A stretch of DNA of 64,000 nucleotides from Polyangiaceae bacterium (GTDB taxonomy: Bacteria > Myxococcota_A > Polyangia > Polyangiales > Polyangiaceae): positions 32,001 to 96,000 of the forward strand of contig JBILLK010000033.1 in NCBI GenBank assembly GCA_044376115.1, written 5' to 3'. The position numbers were made by a program, and so were the translations under genes. Shown piece by piece: positions 29,722 to 39,419 of this stretch. Within the stretch, counting starts at the first letter, position 1; the number at the start of each line of letters is the position of its first letter. The notes below the pieces were generated by a model. The model worked only from the letters and a program-made list of their open reading frames with translations, searched no databases and was not told the origin of the DNA.

Positions 29722-32700
29722 ATGAACCAGCGTAGATTCGGAGCGAGAGCTCTTCGATTGGCGGCGGCCGTGTGCACCGTCGCGGTTTCAGGGGTGGGCC
29801 TTGGCGACGCCAGCGCTCAGGAGTGTATCTCAGCCGCGGCCAAACAGGCTCTCTCCGAGTGCCCCTCGGGCACCCTGAAAGCCTCTGCGGCGAAGAAGCC
29901 AGAGGTGAGTTTTTCAACCGCGCCACCAGGCCCTAGCCTGAAGAAGCGCGATGATATGACGAAGCCGACAAACCCGACCGACATCGCGGCGGCAGCTCAA
30001 CGAGACGAGCGCCAAGCCAAGATGCAAAAGAAGACTCGGCAACTGCTTGTTACCGAGATTCAGGGCTTGGAGACGCTGTTTGCGGATACCAAGAAGAATT
30101 CTCCCGACCGCCCGAAATTGGCGAGGCGCCTCGCCGAGGGCTACGTCGAGTTGGAAGCGGCTGCTTTCCGCGACCAAACTGAAGCAGACATCAAAGCGCA
30201 AGATGCAAATCGGAAGAAGGATTCGGACGGAGCCAAAGCTGCTACGGAGCAGGCTGCAAAGGCCAAGCAGGTCGTCGCAACTGCGCGCAAGAGTGCGATC
30301 AAGTACTACACCTTGGTGAAGGACCAGTACCCGAAGTGGTGCCAAACTCCGAACGCCCAGGACGCATCAAAGAGCAGCGGTTGTGGTGACGAGGTTCTCT
30401 ACTACCTCGCTTACGAGTACGAACAGGCCAAGGACCTCGTTAAGGCTCGCGAGATCTATTACGAGCTCGTCAACAACTGGAAGACCTCCAAGTATCGTCC
30501 GAACGCGTACTTGGCCTTCGGCGAGCTGTATTTCCAAGAAGCGCAGAGTGACCCTTCAGTGTGGGCAGCCGCAGAGGCTGCATACACTCAGGTTATTGGC
30601 GCACCGCCCCCCGATAACAAGGTCTACGGTTACGCGCTCTACAAGCTCGGCTACGTCTACTGGAACCAGGGCGAGTACGAAAAGTCGGTCGATGCCTTCA
30701 AGAAGGTCATCGACTACGGAACAAAATTCTCGCAGCTCCCCAACGCAAGTCAGCTAGCAACGTCTGCGCGGCGAGATGTCATTCCGGTCTATGCACTTTG
30801 GGGCGATCCGAAGAAGGCCTACAATTTCTTCAAGCCGCTTTCGGGAGACGCAGGCGGCGAGAACGACAAGACCTTCAAGATGATGGATGAACTCGGTATC
30901 AACTACCTTGATACTGGTCACTACGATGAAGGAATTGCGCTCTACACCGACCTTATGGGGCGGGATAAGGGCCCGAAGTGGTGCGAGTACCACGGCCATA
31001 TTGCTGAAGCCACGTTGGCCAAAAAGTCTGGTGACAAGGACGCGATCGTCAAAGTCATCGGCCGGCAATTCGACGTTCAGAAGGAGTTTGCCGGCGGAAG
31101 TTCTGCTGCAGACGCCAAAACGAAGTGCGGTAACATTACCGCGGAGATCGCAGCAGAAACTGCGATGGCGTGGCATCTGGAGGCCGTTGGCTCTGGCGGC
31201 GTTCGCGGGACCAGCGATCCCAAGACCATGAAAGCGGCAGCTGACCTCTACCAACAGGTAGTTGGCACGTTCACGCAAGCCGACTTTGGCAAGTTCACCT
31301 TCCCACGCATTGTGAAGGAAGACTGGCCGGACATCATGAAGATCAAATACGCGATGGCCGACCTTCTCTACTTCCAGAAGGATTGGGAAAAGTGCGGACC
31401 TGCTTTCGACTCCGTCGTCGCCGAGGACCCCAAGGGACCGAACGCCGCGGAGGCCGCTTTTGCGGCCGTGCTCTGTTACCAGAACATCTATACGGAGCGC
31501 CACAAGGGTGGCGAGGATCGCAAGGGCACCGGCAATCTTCCTGGCGACGAGAAGAAGAAGACCGCGGCACAGACTCAGGCGGATAAGGAGAAGTACAAGC
31601 CGAAGGACTTCACGCCCGACCAAAAGGGAATGCTCACGGCTTTCAACCGCTACGTCTGCTACATCCAGCCGGACAAGAGCAACAAGGAAGCCTTCGACCA
31701 GTTCGTCGAGGTGAAGTTTGCTCGTGCTCGAACCTACTTCGAGTCACGGCACTGGGAAGAAGCGGCTATCGGCTTCCGCGACGTGGCGATGAACTACTCC
31801 GACCGAGAGGTTGGGATCTTCTCGGCGCAGCTCTACCTTGAGTCACTCAACATCGTTGGTTCTCACTCCGATCCGCCGCGTTCAAGTTGCTATGAGGACA
31901 TGGGAAAGGACGTTCCCGAGTTCATCAAGCTGTACTGCGATGGTGCTAAGAAGCAGCAGAACGAGGAGCAATGCGGCATTCTGTTCCGCATCCAGCGCGA
32001 CATCGAGCGGAAGCGCGCTGAAACCATGGTTGAGGAAGCCGATAAGGGCGGAGCGAACTCGCTCGAAAAGTATCGTACTGCCGCCCAGCTTTACCTCGAT
32101 ATGTGGGAAAAGTACGGTAAAGAGCCGTGCGAACGCGACCAAAAGGACGCCTGCGCGCGAAACGACGAGGTGCTCTACAACGCAGCTCGTGCCTTCCAAG
32201 CGGCCCGTTTGCTCGCCAAGGCCATCGCTGTCCGAAAGATCCTGATCAACCCGAAGTACAACCTCCACACGACGGAATTGGCGAAGAAGGCCGTTTGGGA
32301 GATCGGCGCCAACTACCAGGCAATTGCGGTCTACGAAGAGGCTGCGACTTGGTTTGAGCGCTTCGCATCAGAGTCACCGAAGGACGAGAAGGCGCCCCAA
32401 GCACTTAGCGACGCTGTGGTGCTTCGACTTGGTCTCGGGCAACAGGATCAGGCAATCAAGGATTCGGAGCTGTTCCAGAAGCAGTTCTCGAATCGCGCTC
32501 AGCAAGCTGCGCAGATTGCCTTTGCTATCGGGGCTCACTACGCGGACCGCGAGGATTGGCGTAACGCCGAGAAGCGCTTGTCGAGTGCAATCGGCCAGAT
32601 CGACAAGAATGCCACAGCGGACGTGCAGATTCAGGCACATGGGCTTCTCGCTCGCGTCTACGACAGAAACGGAAACAAGAGCAAGGCGAAGCAGGAGTAC

Positions 32701-33606
32701 GACAAGGTTCGCGGTTTCTGGAAGGACCCTGCTGCCGCCGTGAAAAAGATCGAGGAGATCTCGGCTGCCGCAGGTGAGGGTGAAGCGCAAACGCTGCGCC
32801 GATTGGGCAAGACGCTCGAGGCCGTGGGTGAGGCGTACTTCTTCTCCGCCGAAGAGAAAAAGGCAGTCGTCGATAAGATTCTCTTCCCTGAGTACAAGGG
32901 CTCGGGAGAGCGTGCTGAGGTCGAGAAGTTTGTGACCACCAAGGTCAAGGACTGGCAAGAGAAGAAGCGCAAGGCAGTTGAGGAAGCCGACAAGGAGTAT
33001 CAAAAGATCCTCGGACTTCAGCCTGTCCCGCCCCCCCGTTGGGTTATCGCTGCAGGCTCACGCGTAGGCCAAATGAAGGGCCGATTCGTAGCAGAGTTCC
33101 GTGCAGCTCCGATTCCGAAGGATTGGAAGCAGAACGGCCCGAGTCCCTACGGAGATCTCCTCTGGGAAGAAATCCGTGGCGCGTACTACGCGAAGCTCGA
33201 CGAGGTCTCGGAGCCCGATAAGCAGGCGGCACGCGGCGCCTACAAGACGTGTCTTGACCTTTCGGTCAAGCACCAATTCTTTGATGAGTTCTCCCGCTCC
33301 TGTGAGCAGTGGTTGTCCAAGAATTTCCCCGCTGAGTACCACTTGATTGACGAGTTTCGCAGTGCTCCGAATCGTTTGGGTACCGGCATCAACGAGCGCG
33401 CAGTCCCGTTGAACATGGACGGCTCTCCGTTCACGGTCATCATTGAGGAGAAGGCGGAGAAGAAGCCCGCAAGTGGTCCTGCGGCTGCGACTCCCGCGGC
33501 GAATGGTGGTGGCTCTAGCTCTAGCTCGGGTGGCTCTAGCTCGGGCGGCTCTAGCTCGGGCGGCTCGAAAGAAGACGATGCACTGAGCAAGGCGAAGAAG
33601 AAGTGA
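29722..33606 (+). CDS. gltD: gliding motility TPR protein GltD (AgmU)
   Basis: ~1290-aa exported TPR protein ending AYKTCL..FDEFSRSCEQWL..P.EY; position before gltE-F-G. Confidence 0.8.
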   Translation: MNQRRFGARALRLAAAVCTVAVSGVGLGDASAQECISAAAKQALSECPSGTLKASAAKKPEVSFSTAPPGPSLKKRDDMTKPTNPTDIAAAAQRDERQAKMQKKTRQLLVTEIQGLETLFADTKKNSPDRPKLARRLAEGYVELEAAAFRDQTEADIKAQDANRKKDSDGAKAATEQAAKAKQVVATARKSAIKYYTLVKDQYPKWCQTPNAQDASKSSGCGDEVLYYLAYEYEQAKDLVKAREIYYELVNNWKTSKYRPNAYLAFGELYFQEAQSDPSVWAAAEAAYTQVIGAPPPDNKVYGYALYKLGYVYWNQGEYEKSVDAFKKVIDYGTKFSQLPNASQLATSARRDVIPVYALWGDPKKAYNFFKPLSGDAGGENDKTFKMMDELGINYLDTGHYDEGIALYTDLMGRDKGPKWCEYHGHIAEATLAKKSGDKDAIVKVIGRQFDVQKEFAGGSSAADAKTKCGNITAEIAAETAMAWHLEAVGSGGVRGTSDPKTMKAAADLYQQVVGTFTQADFGKFTFPRIVKEDWPDIMKIKYAMADLLYFQKDWEKCGPAFDSVVAEDPKGPNAAEAAFAAVLCYQNIYTERHKGGEDRKGTGNLPGDEKKKTAAQTQADKEKYKPKDFTPDQKGMLTAFNRYVCYIQPDKSNKEAFDQFVEVKFARARTYFESRHWEEAAIGFRDVAMNYSDREVGIFSAQLYLESLNIVGSHSDPPRSSCYEDMGKDVPEFIKLYCDGAKKQQNEEQCGILFRIQRDIERKRAETMVEEADKGGANSLEKYRTAAQLYLDMWEKYGKEPCERDQKDACARNDEVLYNAARAFQAARLLAKAIAVRKILINPKYNLHTTELAKKAVWEIGANYQAIAVYEEAATWFERFASESPKDEKAPQALSDAVVLRLGLGQQDQAIKDSELFQKQFSNRAQQAAQIAFAIGAHYADREDWRNAEKRLSSAIGQIDKNATADVQIQAHGLLARVYDRNGNKSKAKQEYDKVRGFWKDPAAAVKKIEEISAAAGEGEAQTLRRLGKTLEAVGEAYFFSAEEKKAVVDKILFPEYKGSGERAEVEKFVTTKVKDWQEKKRKAVEEADKEYQKILGLQPVPPPRWVIAAGSRVGQMKGRFVAEFRAAPIPKDWKQNGPSPYGDLLWEEIRGAYYAKLDEVSEPDKQAARGAYKTCLDLSVKHQFFDEFSRSCEQWLSKNFPAEYHLIDEFRSAPNRLGTGINERAVPLNMDGSPFTVIIEEKAEKKPASGPAAATPAANGGGSSSSSGGSSSGGSSSGGSKEDDALSKAKKK

Positions 33607-33626
33607 ATACTACCCAGGATAAAGCC

Positions 33627-35156
33627 ATGAAGTATCGTTCCCTCACTCGCACTCTTGCACTTGTTCTTGCGGCTGTCGGGGTGTTGACCATCACCGGCTG
33701 TGATGATGGCTCTCAGCCCATCAAGGACCCCTCCAAAGTTACTGGCCCGGTCGACAACACCGGCTCGCCAGTCAGCAAGGAGGCGGCAGACACCTACGCA
33801 GCAGCACTCGCTGAGATGGACAAGCTCGATAAGACCGCAGGGGCTTGGAACGAGACCACTTGCAAGAGCGTCGCCGACAAATTCTTGAAGGCTGCTGAAG
33901 TCCAGCAGAGCGAGATGGACAAGTACTTCGCCACGGCGGTCTACAACGCCGGCGCGGCGTATCATCGTTGCCAGAACCTTGCGGAGGCTCGGAAGCACTA
34001 CAAGGAGGTTCTCGACAAGGACGAGAAGTTCCATCGCGCGCGGGTGCAGTTGGCTCGGTTTGACCTTGCGGAGTCGAACGACACGGCGACCGACAAGGCG
34101 ATGTCTGAGTTTGAGCGAGCTGTCGCCGACTCTGAGTTTCAGAACGTTGAGGCCTTAGTTGAGCTTGCCCGTCTGCAGATGCGTCGCAACAACGCCGTGT
34201 CGAACGAAGAAGGTCCAAACGACTACGAACGTGCAAAGAAGAACCTTCAGCGCGCGCTTGCGGTGGATGACGCCTACATGCCGGCGTTCAACCAATTGGC
34301 GTTGTACTACCTGGAGCGAGCGCGTCAGAACGCAGGCGATAAGTCGTCCTCGTCAAAAGTGGCCCGCGGCGCCAAGAAGACGAAGGTGGATACGCAAGCG
34401 ATCGACCTCGCACTTCTGGTTGCGTCTCAGGGCATTCGAAAGAACCCGAACTACGGCTCGATTCACAACACCGCTGGGCTCATCTACGCGGAGATCGGCG
34501 ATCTTAACAACGCCGTGGTTCGGTTCGGTACTGCTCGTCAGGTGGACCCGAATTTCTTCGAGGCCCACATGAACTACGCGGCCGTCAACATGATGTTTCG
34601 CGGCTTCGCTAAGGCAGAGGATGCCTACCGGCAGGCGACTAAGCTCCGTTCGTCAGACTACGACGCCCACTTGGGACTCGCACTGGCACTTCGTGGTCAA
34701 GCCGACTCTGCTCCTGACGCAGACAAGAAGCTCGCCGAGGCGGAGCAGATGATTGCAAAGGCCAAGCAGCTTGATGGCAATCGCCCTGAGGCTTACTTCA
34801 ATCACGCGATTCTCGTTCAGGGCTACAAGGGCAAGAGCGCTGGGGAAGCGGGCAACAAGGCTCTTGAAGAGGCCATTGGACTCTTTCAAGAGTTCGTTAA
34901 AAAGGCAGAGGGGAAGCCTGAGTTCGCGGAAGCAATCGAGGACGTGAACGCAGTCCCGACCAAGTCCGACAAGGAATGTCTCGGTCCCAAGGCGAAATCC
35001 GATCCCAAGTGCAAACGGGGTCGTATCCTCGATATCAAGGAGATTATTGACTTCAACCGGCAAAGTGCGGCCGACCAGAAGAAGCTTGAAGAGGAGGCTA
35101 AGGTTCAGGCTGCTTTGGAAGAAGCAGGAACCGCGCCCGCTGGGGAAGGCAACTAA
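33627..35156 (+). CDS. gltE: gliding motility TPR lipoprotein GltE (AglT)
   Basis: Lipobox ITGC; TPRs (EAHMNYAA, YDAHLGLALALRG, RPEAYFN); synteny. Confidence 0.8.
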   Translation: MKYRSLTRTLALVLAAVGVLTITGCDDGSQPIKDPSKVTGPVDNTGSPVSKEAADTYAAALAEMDKLDKTAGAWNETTCKSVADKFLKAAEVQQSEMDKYFATAVYNAGAAYHRCQNLAEARKHYKEVLDKDEKFHRARVQLARFDLAESNDTATDKAMSEFERAVADSEFQNVEALVELARLQMRRNNAVSNEEGPNDYERAKKNLQRALAVDDAYMPAFNQLALYYLERARQNAGDKSSSSKVARGAKKTKVDTQAIDLALLVASQGIRKNPNYGSIHNTAGLIYAEIGDLNNAVVRFGTARQVDPNFFEAHMNYAAVNMMFRGFAKAEDAYRQATKLRSSDYDAHLGLALALRGQADSAPDADKKLAEAEQMIAKAKQLDGNRPEAYFNHAILVQGYKGKSAGEAGNKALEEAIGLFQEFVKKAEGKPEFAEAIEDVNAVPTKSDKECLGPKAKSDPKCKRGRILDIKEIIDFNRQSAADQKKLEEEAKVQAALEEAGTAPAGEGN

Positions 35157-35177
35157 CGGGAAGCTTCAGCTGCGAGC

Positions 35178-35214
35178 AAAGCCTCAGCCCTTAGGGTTGA
35201 GGCTTTATTCGTTT
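35178..35214 (+). terminator. intrinsic terminator after gltE
   Basis: AAAGCCTCAGCCC-TTA-GGGTTGAGGCTTT hairpin followed by a T-rich tail. Confidence 0.7.
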
Positions 35215-35477
35215 CAGGCGGCTCAAGCTCCCGCGTGACGAAGAATTTTAGGAACTTCACTTTCGACCCAATGTCTGAGCCTCACGTGGGTCGCGAGTTG
35301 GCGCGGAGTATCGAACGAAGTTTCGCAGAGTGTGTTGGAGCTCGGGCGCAGTTGACGCGTAAGGGCTCCGGATCTTACGATGAAAGTGAAATGCGTATTG
35401 TTCGTCGGTCGCCGAGGGTTTCGGGGCAGGCGGCGATAGCAACCTCCCACAAGAAATTTGTGGGCTTGGAGGGTGAG

Positions 35478-35753
35478 ATGACGCGGTCGACCCTGAAGTT
35501 TGCAGCAACAGCACTAGTTTTGGGCGTGAGCCTATTCTCCAGCGCGACTGTCTTTGCGCAAGAGGAGACTCGCTCATCGGATGGCGAAGGTGGTGGCTAC
35601 GGTTACGAATTCACGGATGATCCGCTTAATGCAGGCGGTTTCGGTCCAAACGACGCAACCATCCGCGTGCGTCCGGGGCCCGTGCGCACCACGCTGATTC
35701 GACCCCGAACTTCATTCGTCAACGAGATGCTAAAGTCGGTCGAAAATCTCTAA
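35478..35753 (+). CDS. gltF: gliding motility protein GltF (CglF)
   Basis: GGAGG RBS; signal peptide; YEFTDDPL and LIRPRTSFVNEMLKSVENL C-terminus. Confidence 0.85.
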   Translation: MTRSTLKFAATALVLGVSLFSSATVFAQEETRSSDGEGGGYGYEFTDDPLNAGGFGPNDATIRVRPGPVRTTLIRPRTSFVNEMLKSVENL

Positions 35754-35879
35754 CCTCGGCTACGTGAAGTCGGCGCCACCTCGACATTGGTGCCGAATGA
35801 ATGGAACTCCGTTGGGAGTTCTTCCCCAATGGGGCGAGCCCTGGTCGTCGATCGGGTATGAGTTTGCGCGGTAATTTCG

Positions 35880-35892
35880 CAAGTGTTTGATT
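35880..35892. promoter_or_regulatory. IHF-consensus site upstream of gltG
   Basis: CAAGTGTTTGATT matches YAANNNNTTGATW exactly. Confidence 0.4.
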
Positions 35893-35926
35893 GAACGATC
35901 AGGCTCCAGTTAGGAAGGCAAAGAAA

Positions 35927-37993
35927 ATGGAAGGGAAGCAGAAAATCGCGCTCACGTTCGGGCTCTACCAAAACGAGGCGCTTGTGCGCCGAGAAACGGT
36001 AAACCAGGACATTGTCAAGATCGGCAAAGACGCAAAGAGTCATCTGCGCGTTGAGGACGAACTTGCATCGCGAATGCACGCGGTGATCGAGGTTGGAGCT
36101 GGTGCTGACGACATTACGTTGATTGACCTAGGGAACGAGCCGGGCACGCTTGTGAACGGTACGCGGGTCAACAAGTGCAAGGTCGGCGTCGGGGATCAGA
36201 TTCAAATCGGCGGGACTAAGATCGTGCTTGAACGAGCCGAGGCTGTCGCTGTAGCGACTGCGTCTGCTTCAGCTCCTCCCCCTTCTCAACCAGCGCCTGC
36301 GGCGACGAATCCGTTTGGTGGTGCATCAGCTCCCTTCGGTGGGGCTTCTCCGTTTGGCGGGGCGGCGTCGCCCTTTGGGGATGCGAACCCGTTCGGCGCT
36401 CCTGCAGCCGCGGCCGCAAGCCCGTTTGGAGACCCATTTGGAGCATCGACTGCCTTTGCGGCCCCTGCGCCTGTTGACGAGGTTCCCGCGGATGCTCCTG
36501 AGGGTTCCTACACATACTCGATGATCAAGGCCGGGCCGCCCGTTCTTGCGGAGGAGGTAGAGAGTCACGCCTCCGCTGTTGAGGTAATGGTCATGTGGGA
36601 TCAGTCGATCCTTCATGTCGCGCATCTGTCGCCTCCTCGTTCGTTTTATGTTGGCGAAGAGGATCGAAGCAACGTCCGATGTGACTACTTCGTGCCTGCA
36701 GAAAAACTCGGAACCACACGCGCGCCAGTGGTTCTCGCGAACGCTGGGGGGGTGTCAGTCGTTATTCTCCCGCGTTGCACCGGAACCATCGAGATCGGTG
36801 GGCAGGTCATGAGTCTGCAGGAAGCCGTAGCCAACGGTCGCACTCAGCCATGCGCGGAGCTTTCGGGAGCTCACCAGATGCAGCTCCCGATGAATGCAAA
36901 GGCCAAAATCATTCTCGACAACGGGCTCACCTTTCAGGTGTCCGCCGTGAATGCTGGTAGGAAAGTCGCCGGCCACGTGGCGCTCGCCCTTGCTCCTTTG
37001 GCGTTCTTTGGTCTCTCGGGAGCGATTCACGGTGGATTGTTGACCGCGATGTTTCTCTTCATGCCTCCGTTGACCAATACCGAGGACGGCGAGATGTCGG
37101 CGGATCAGCAGTACCTGCTTCAGCAGATGCTCAACGCAGCCGCTGAGAAGGAGCTCGAGGAGAAGGAGACTGAGCAGGTCACTGAAACCAACGCCGACAA
37201 CAAGGAGGGCGGTACGGGGACCCGTGCGAAGGGTGAGGAGGGTTCGATGGGTAACCCGACGAGCTCCGCAACCAACAAGCGCTTTGCGGTGAAGGGACCT
37301 GCCGATAACCCGGATCCGCATATCGCTCGTCAAGCTGCTCTTCGGGACGCTCAGGAGTTCGGCATGATCGGTCTGCTCAATTCTGGGGCAGGTGGTGATC
37401 CGGATGCTCCGACCGCTCCCTGGGGTCGTGACGATTCGAGTGGAACCGACGCCCTTTCAGCACGCGGTAACATGTGGGGTGATGAGATCGGCGACGCCTA
37501 CGGCGCTGGTGGTCTTGGTCTATCCGGCATCGGCGAAGGCGGCGGTGGGCGTGGCGAAGGCATCGGTCTTGGGAACATTGGAACCATTGGCCACGGCGCG
37601 GGTACGGGCACGGGTCAAGGGATTGGCAACGGGAGCGGGCGTTTGGGCGGTTCACACCGAACGAAGCCGCCCTCGGTCCGCATGGGTGCGACGAGCGTGA
37701 GCGGGCGCCTTCCTCCTGAGGTAATCCAACGCATCGTTCGCCAAAACTTTGGTCGTTTCCGACTTTGTTACGAGCAGGGGCTTCGGAACAATCCGAACCT
37801 GACGGGTCGCGTGAGCGTTAGCTTCGTGATTGGTCGCGATGGAGCGGTCGGTAGCGTCGGCGGTGGCGGTGACCTTCCGGACTCAGGCGTCATCAGTTGC
37901 GTCGCGGGTGCCTTCCGAGGTCTTTCGTTCCCGCAACCTGAAGGCGGTGTGGTCAAGGTGTCGTACCCGATCATGTTCTCGCCTGGCGGCTGA
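35927..37993 (+). CDS. gltG: gliding motility protein GltG (PglI): FHA-TM-TonB_C-like
   Basis: FHA (IGK, SRMHA, DLG, GTLVNG), TM with SGAIHG, Gly-rich periplasmic linker, C-terminal IQRIVRQNFGRFRLCYE...FPQPEGG.V.VSYP. Confidence 0.9.
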   Translation: MEGKQKIALTFGLYQNEALVRRETVNQDIVKIGKDAKSHLRVEDELASRMHAVIEVGAGADDITLIDLGNEPGTLVNGTRVNKCKVGVGDQIQIGGTKIVLERAEAVAVATASASAPPPSQPAPAATNPFGGASAPFGGASPFGGAASPFGDANPFGAPAAAAASPFGDPFGASTAFAAPAPVDEVPADAPEGSYTYSMIKAGPPVLAEEVESHASAVEVMVMWDQSILHVAHLSPPRSFYVGEEDRSNVRCDYFVPAEKLGTTRAPVVLANAGGVSVVILPRCTGTIEIGGQVMSLQEAVANGRTQPCAELSGAHQMQLPMNAKAKIILDNGLTFQVSAVNAGRKVAGHVALALAPLAFFGLSGAIHGGLLTAMFLFMPPLTNTEDGEMSADQQYLLQQMLNAAAEKELEEKETEQVTETNADNKEGGTGTRAKGEEGSMGNPTSSATNKRFAVKGPADNPDPHIARQAALRDAQEFGMIGLLNSGAGGDPDAPTAPWGRDDSSGTDALSARGNMWGDEIGDAYGAGGLGLSGIGEGGGGRGEGIGLGNIGTIGHGAGTGTGQGIGNGSGRLGGSHRTKPPSVRMGATSVSGRLPPEVIQRIVRQNFGRFRLCYEQGLRNNPNLTGRVSVSFVIGRDGAVGSVGGGGDLPDSGVISCVAGAFRGLSFPQPEGGVVKVSYPIMFSPGG

Positions 37994-38009
37994 GCTTGGG
38001 TTGAAAGTG

Positions 38010-38039
38010 AAAGAAGCCGAGACTTGTCTCGGCTTTTTT
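38010..38039 (+). terminator. intrinsic terminator after gltG
   Basis: AAGCCGAGA-CTTG-TCTCGGCTT stem followed by TTTT. Confidence 0.85.
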
Positions 38040-38291
38040 CGTTTGTCTGTTTTGTCCGGAACTCGCGAAGTCGCCTACCCCAAAACGGGCCTGGACTTCA
38101 CTGCGCTTTGCCTCCTATCCTCGCGGCGCTTGCTCCTTTACTTATTCGACGTGCGACGCATCTCCCAAAGCACGTCGCGTGACAACGCATCTACCGACGA
38201 GGCCTACCTGCCTTCGCTTCGGAACACCATCCATCGAGAGAACTACTTCGCAAGTACTCCTTGCGATCTGAGGAAAGTGAGAGCCCTTCCG

Positions 38292-39245
38292 ATGAAGCTC
38301 TGCAATCTGCTCGTCGCCGTCGCCTGCATTGGCACTCTGACGTCGGCGTGCAATCGAAACCGGCAGGACGCCGTTCTCGCCGCGAACGAAGCGGAGAAGC
38401 TCCGCAAAGGCGACAAGGATGGTGCGATTGCCAAGCTTGAGGATGCCACCCGCCTAGATCCGGAGAGCCACGCGATTTGGTACAAGCTCGCCACGATCCA
38501 CGAAGAGAAGGAAGACTGGGCGAAGATGGCAGAGGCGCTTCAAGGCGCAATTACTGCCGATGACCGCAACAAGGATGACGGCACTTGGGCGACCTACCAT
38601 GCGAAGCGTGGTTACGCCCTTGAGATGCAGGCGAAGAAGAAGCCTGGCAAGCCCAAGGATAAGGCCGGGGCCTATGAAGAGGCCAAGGCCCCCTACACCA
38701 AGTGCATCGAGCTGGATGAGAACTATGCGGACTGTTACCACCAACTGGGCAACGTCTACATGTGGACTGACGATGAGCAACAGGCCATCGAGTTCTACAC
38801 CAAGGCCATCCAGCACGATCCAACGGCGCTTCGTTACTATGGCCCCTTAGCAGAGCTGTACATCAATCTCGGCTACCTCAAGGAAGCGGAAATGGTCCTC
38901 AAGGAGGCCAAGACTCGCGGCGGCCCAGGTGACAAGTTGATGTGGGGCATCCACGTGCTGATGGGGCAAGTGCTCCAATCGCGCAACGATACCGCAGGGG
39001 TGGTGGCGGAGCTCGAAGCGGCAAAAGCTATCAATACCGGGGAGGGGCCCGAGGGCGTGCTGATTCTGTACTCGTTGGGTGCTGCCTACGCAAACGCTCA
39101 ACCACCCAAGGTGCAGGAGGCGACAGACATGTTGAAGGGCTTCGTTTTGCGCGTCTGCAAAGGTCAGAAGGCTGCACAGTACGAAGTGGAGTGTGAGGGA
39201 GCGCGATCAACGCTCACGAACAAGCTCAACGCAACGGTTCAGTGA
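38292..39245 (+). CDS. TPR-repeat lipoprotein
   Basis: ATG 38292; lipobox LTSAC; TPRs (YADCYHQLGNVY, AIEFYTKAIQHDP). Confidence 0.8.
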   Translation: MKLCNLLVAVACIGTLTSACNRNRQDAVLAANEAEKLRKGDKDGAIAKLEDATRLDPESHAIWYKLATIHEEKEDWAKMAEALQGAITADDRNKDDGTWATYHAKRGYALEMQAKKKPGKPKDKAGAYEEAKAPYTKCIELDENYADCYHQLGNVYMWTDDEQQAIEFYTKAIQHDPTALRYYGPLAELYINLGYLKEAEMVLKEAKTRGGPGDKLMWGIHVLMGQVLQSRNDTAGVVAELEAAKAINTGEGPEGVLILYSLGAAYANAQPPKVQEATDMLKGFVLRVCKGQKAAQYEVECEGARSTLTNKLNATVQ

Positions 39246-39419
39246 ATGTGGGCACCCTTTGCTCGTCGCGGTGAGTGGAGCGGTGCCGGCAGGTTGTAAT
39301 TGGTTGCCGACTCTAACGAGTCGGATTGCGGGGAGCAGATCTCTGGTCCCCGTCAGCAGTGGTTTGGATTTGGGTTCGCAACGCGAACCTGAACTTTGCT
39401 GGTGAAGGCCGAAGGCTCC

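Noticed and set aside
33505..33567. GGSSS repeats at the end of gltD
   Set aside because: Ordinary low-complexity linker
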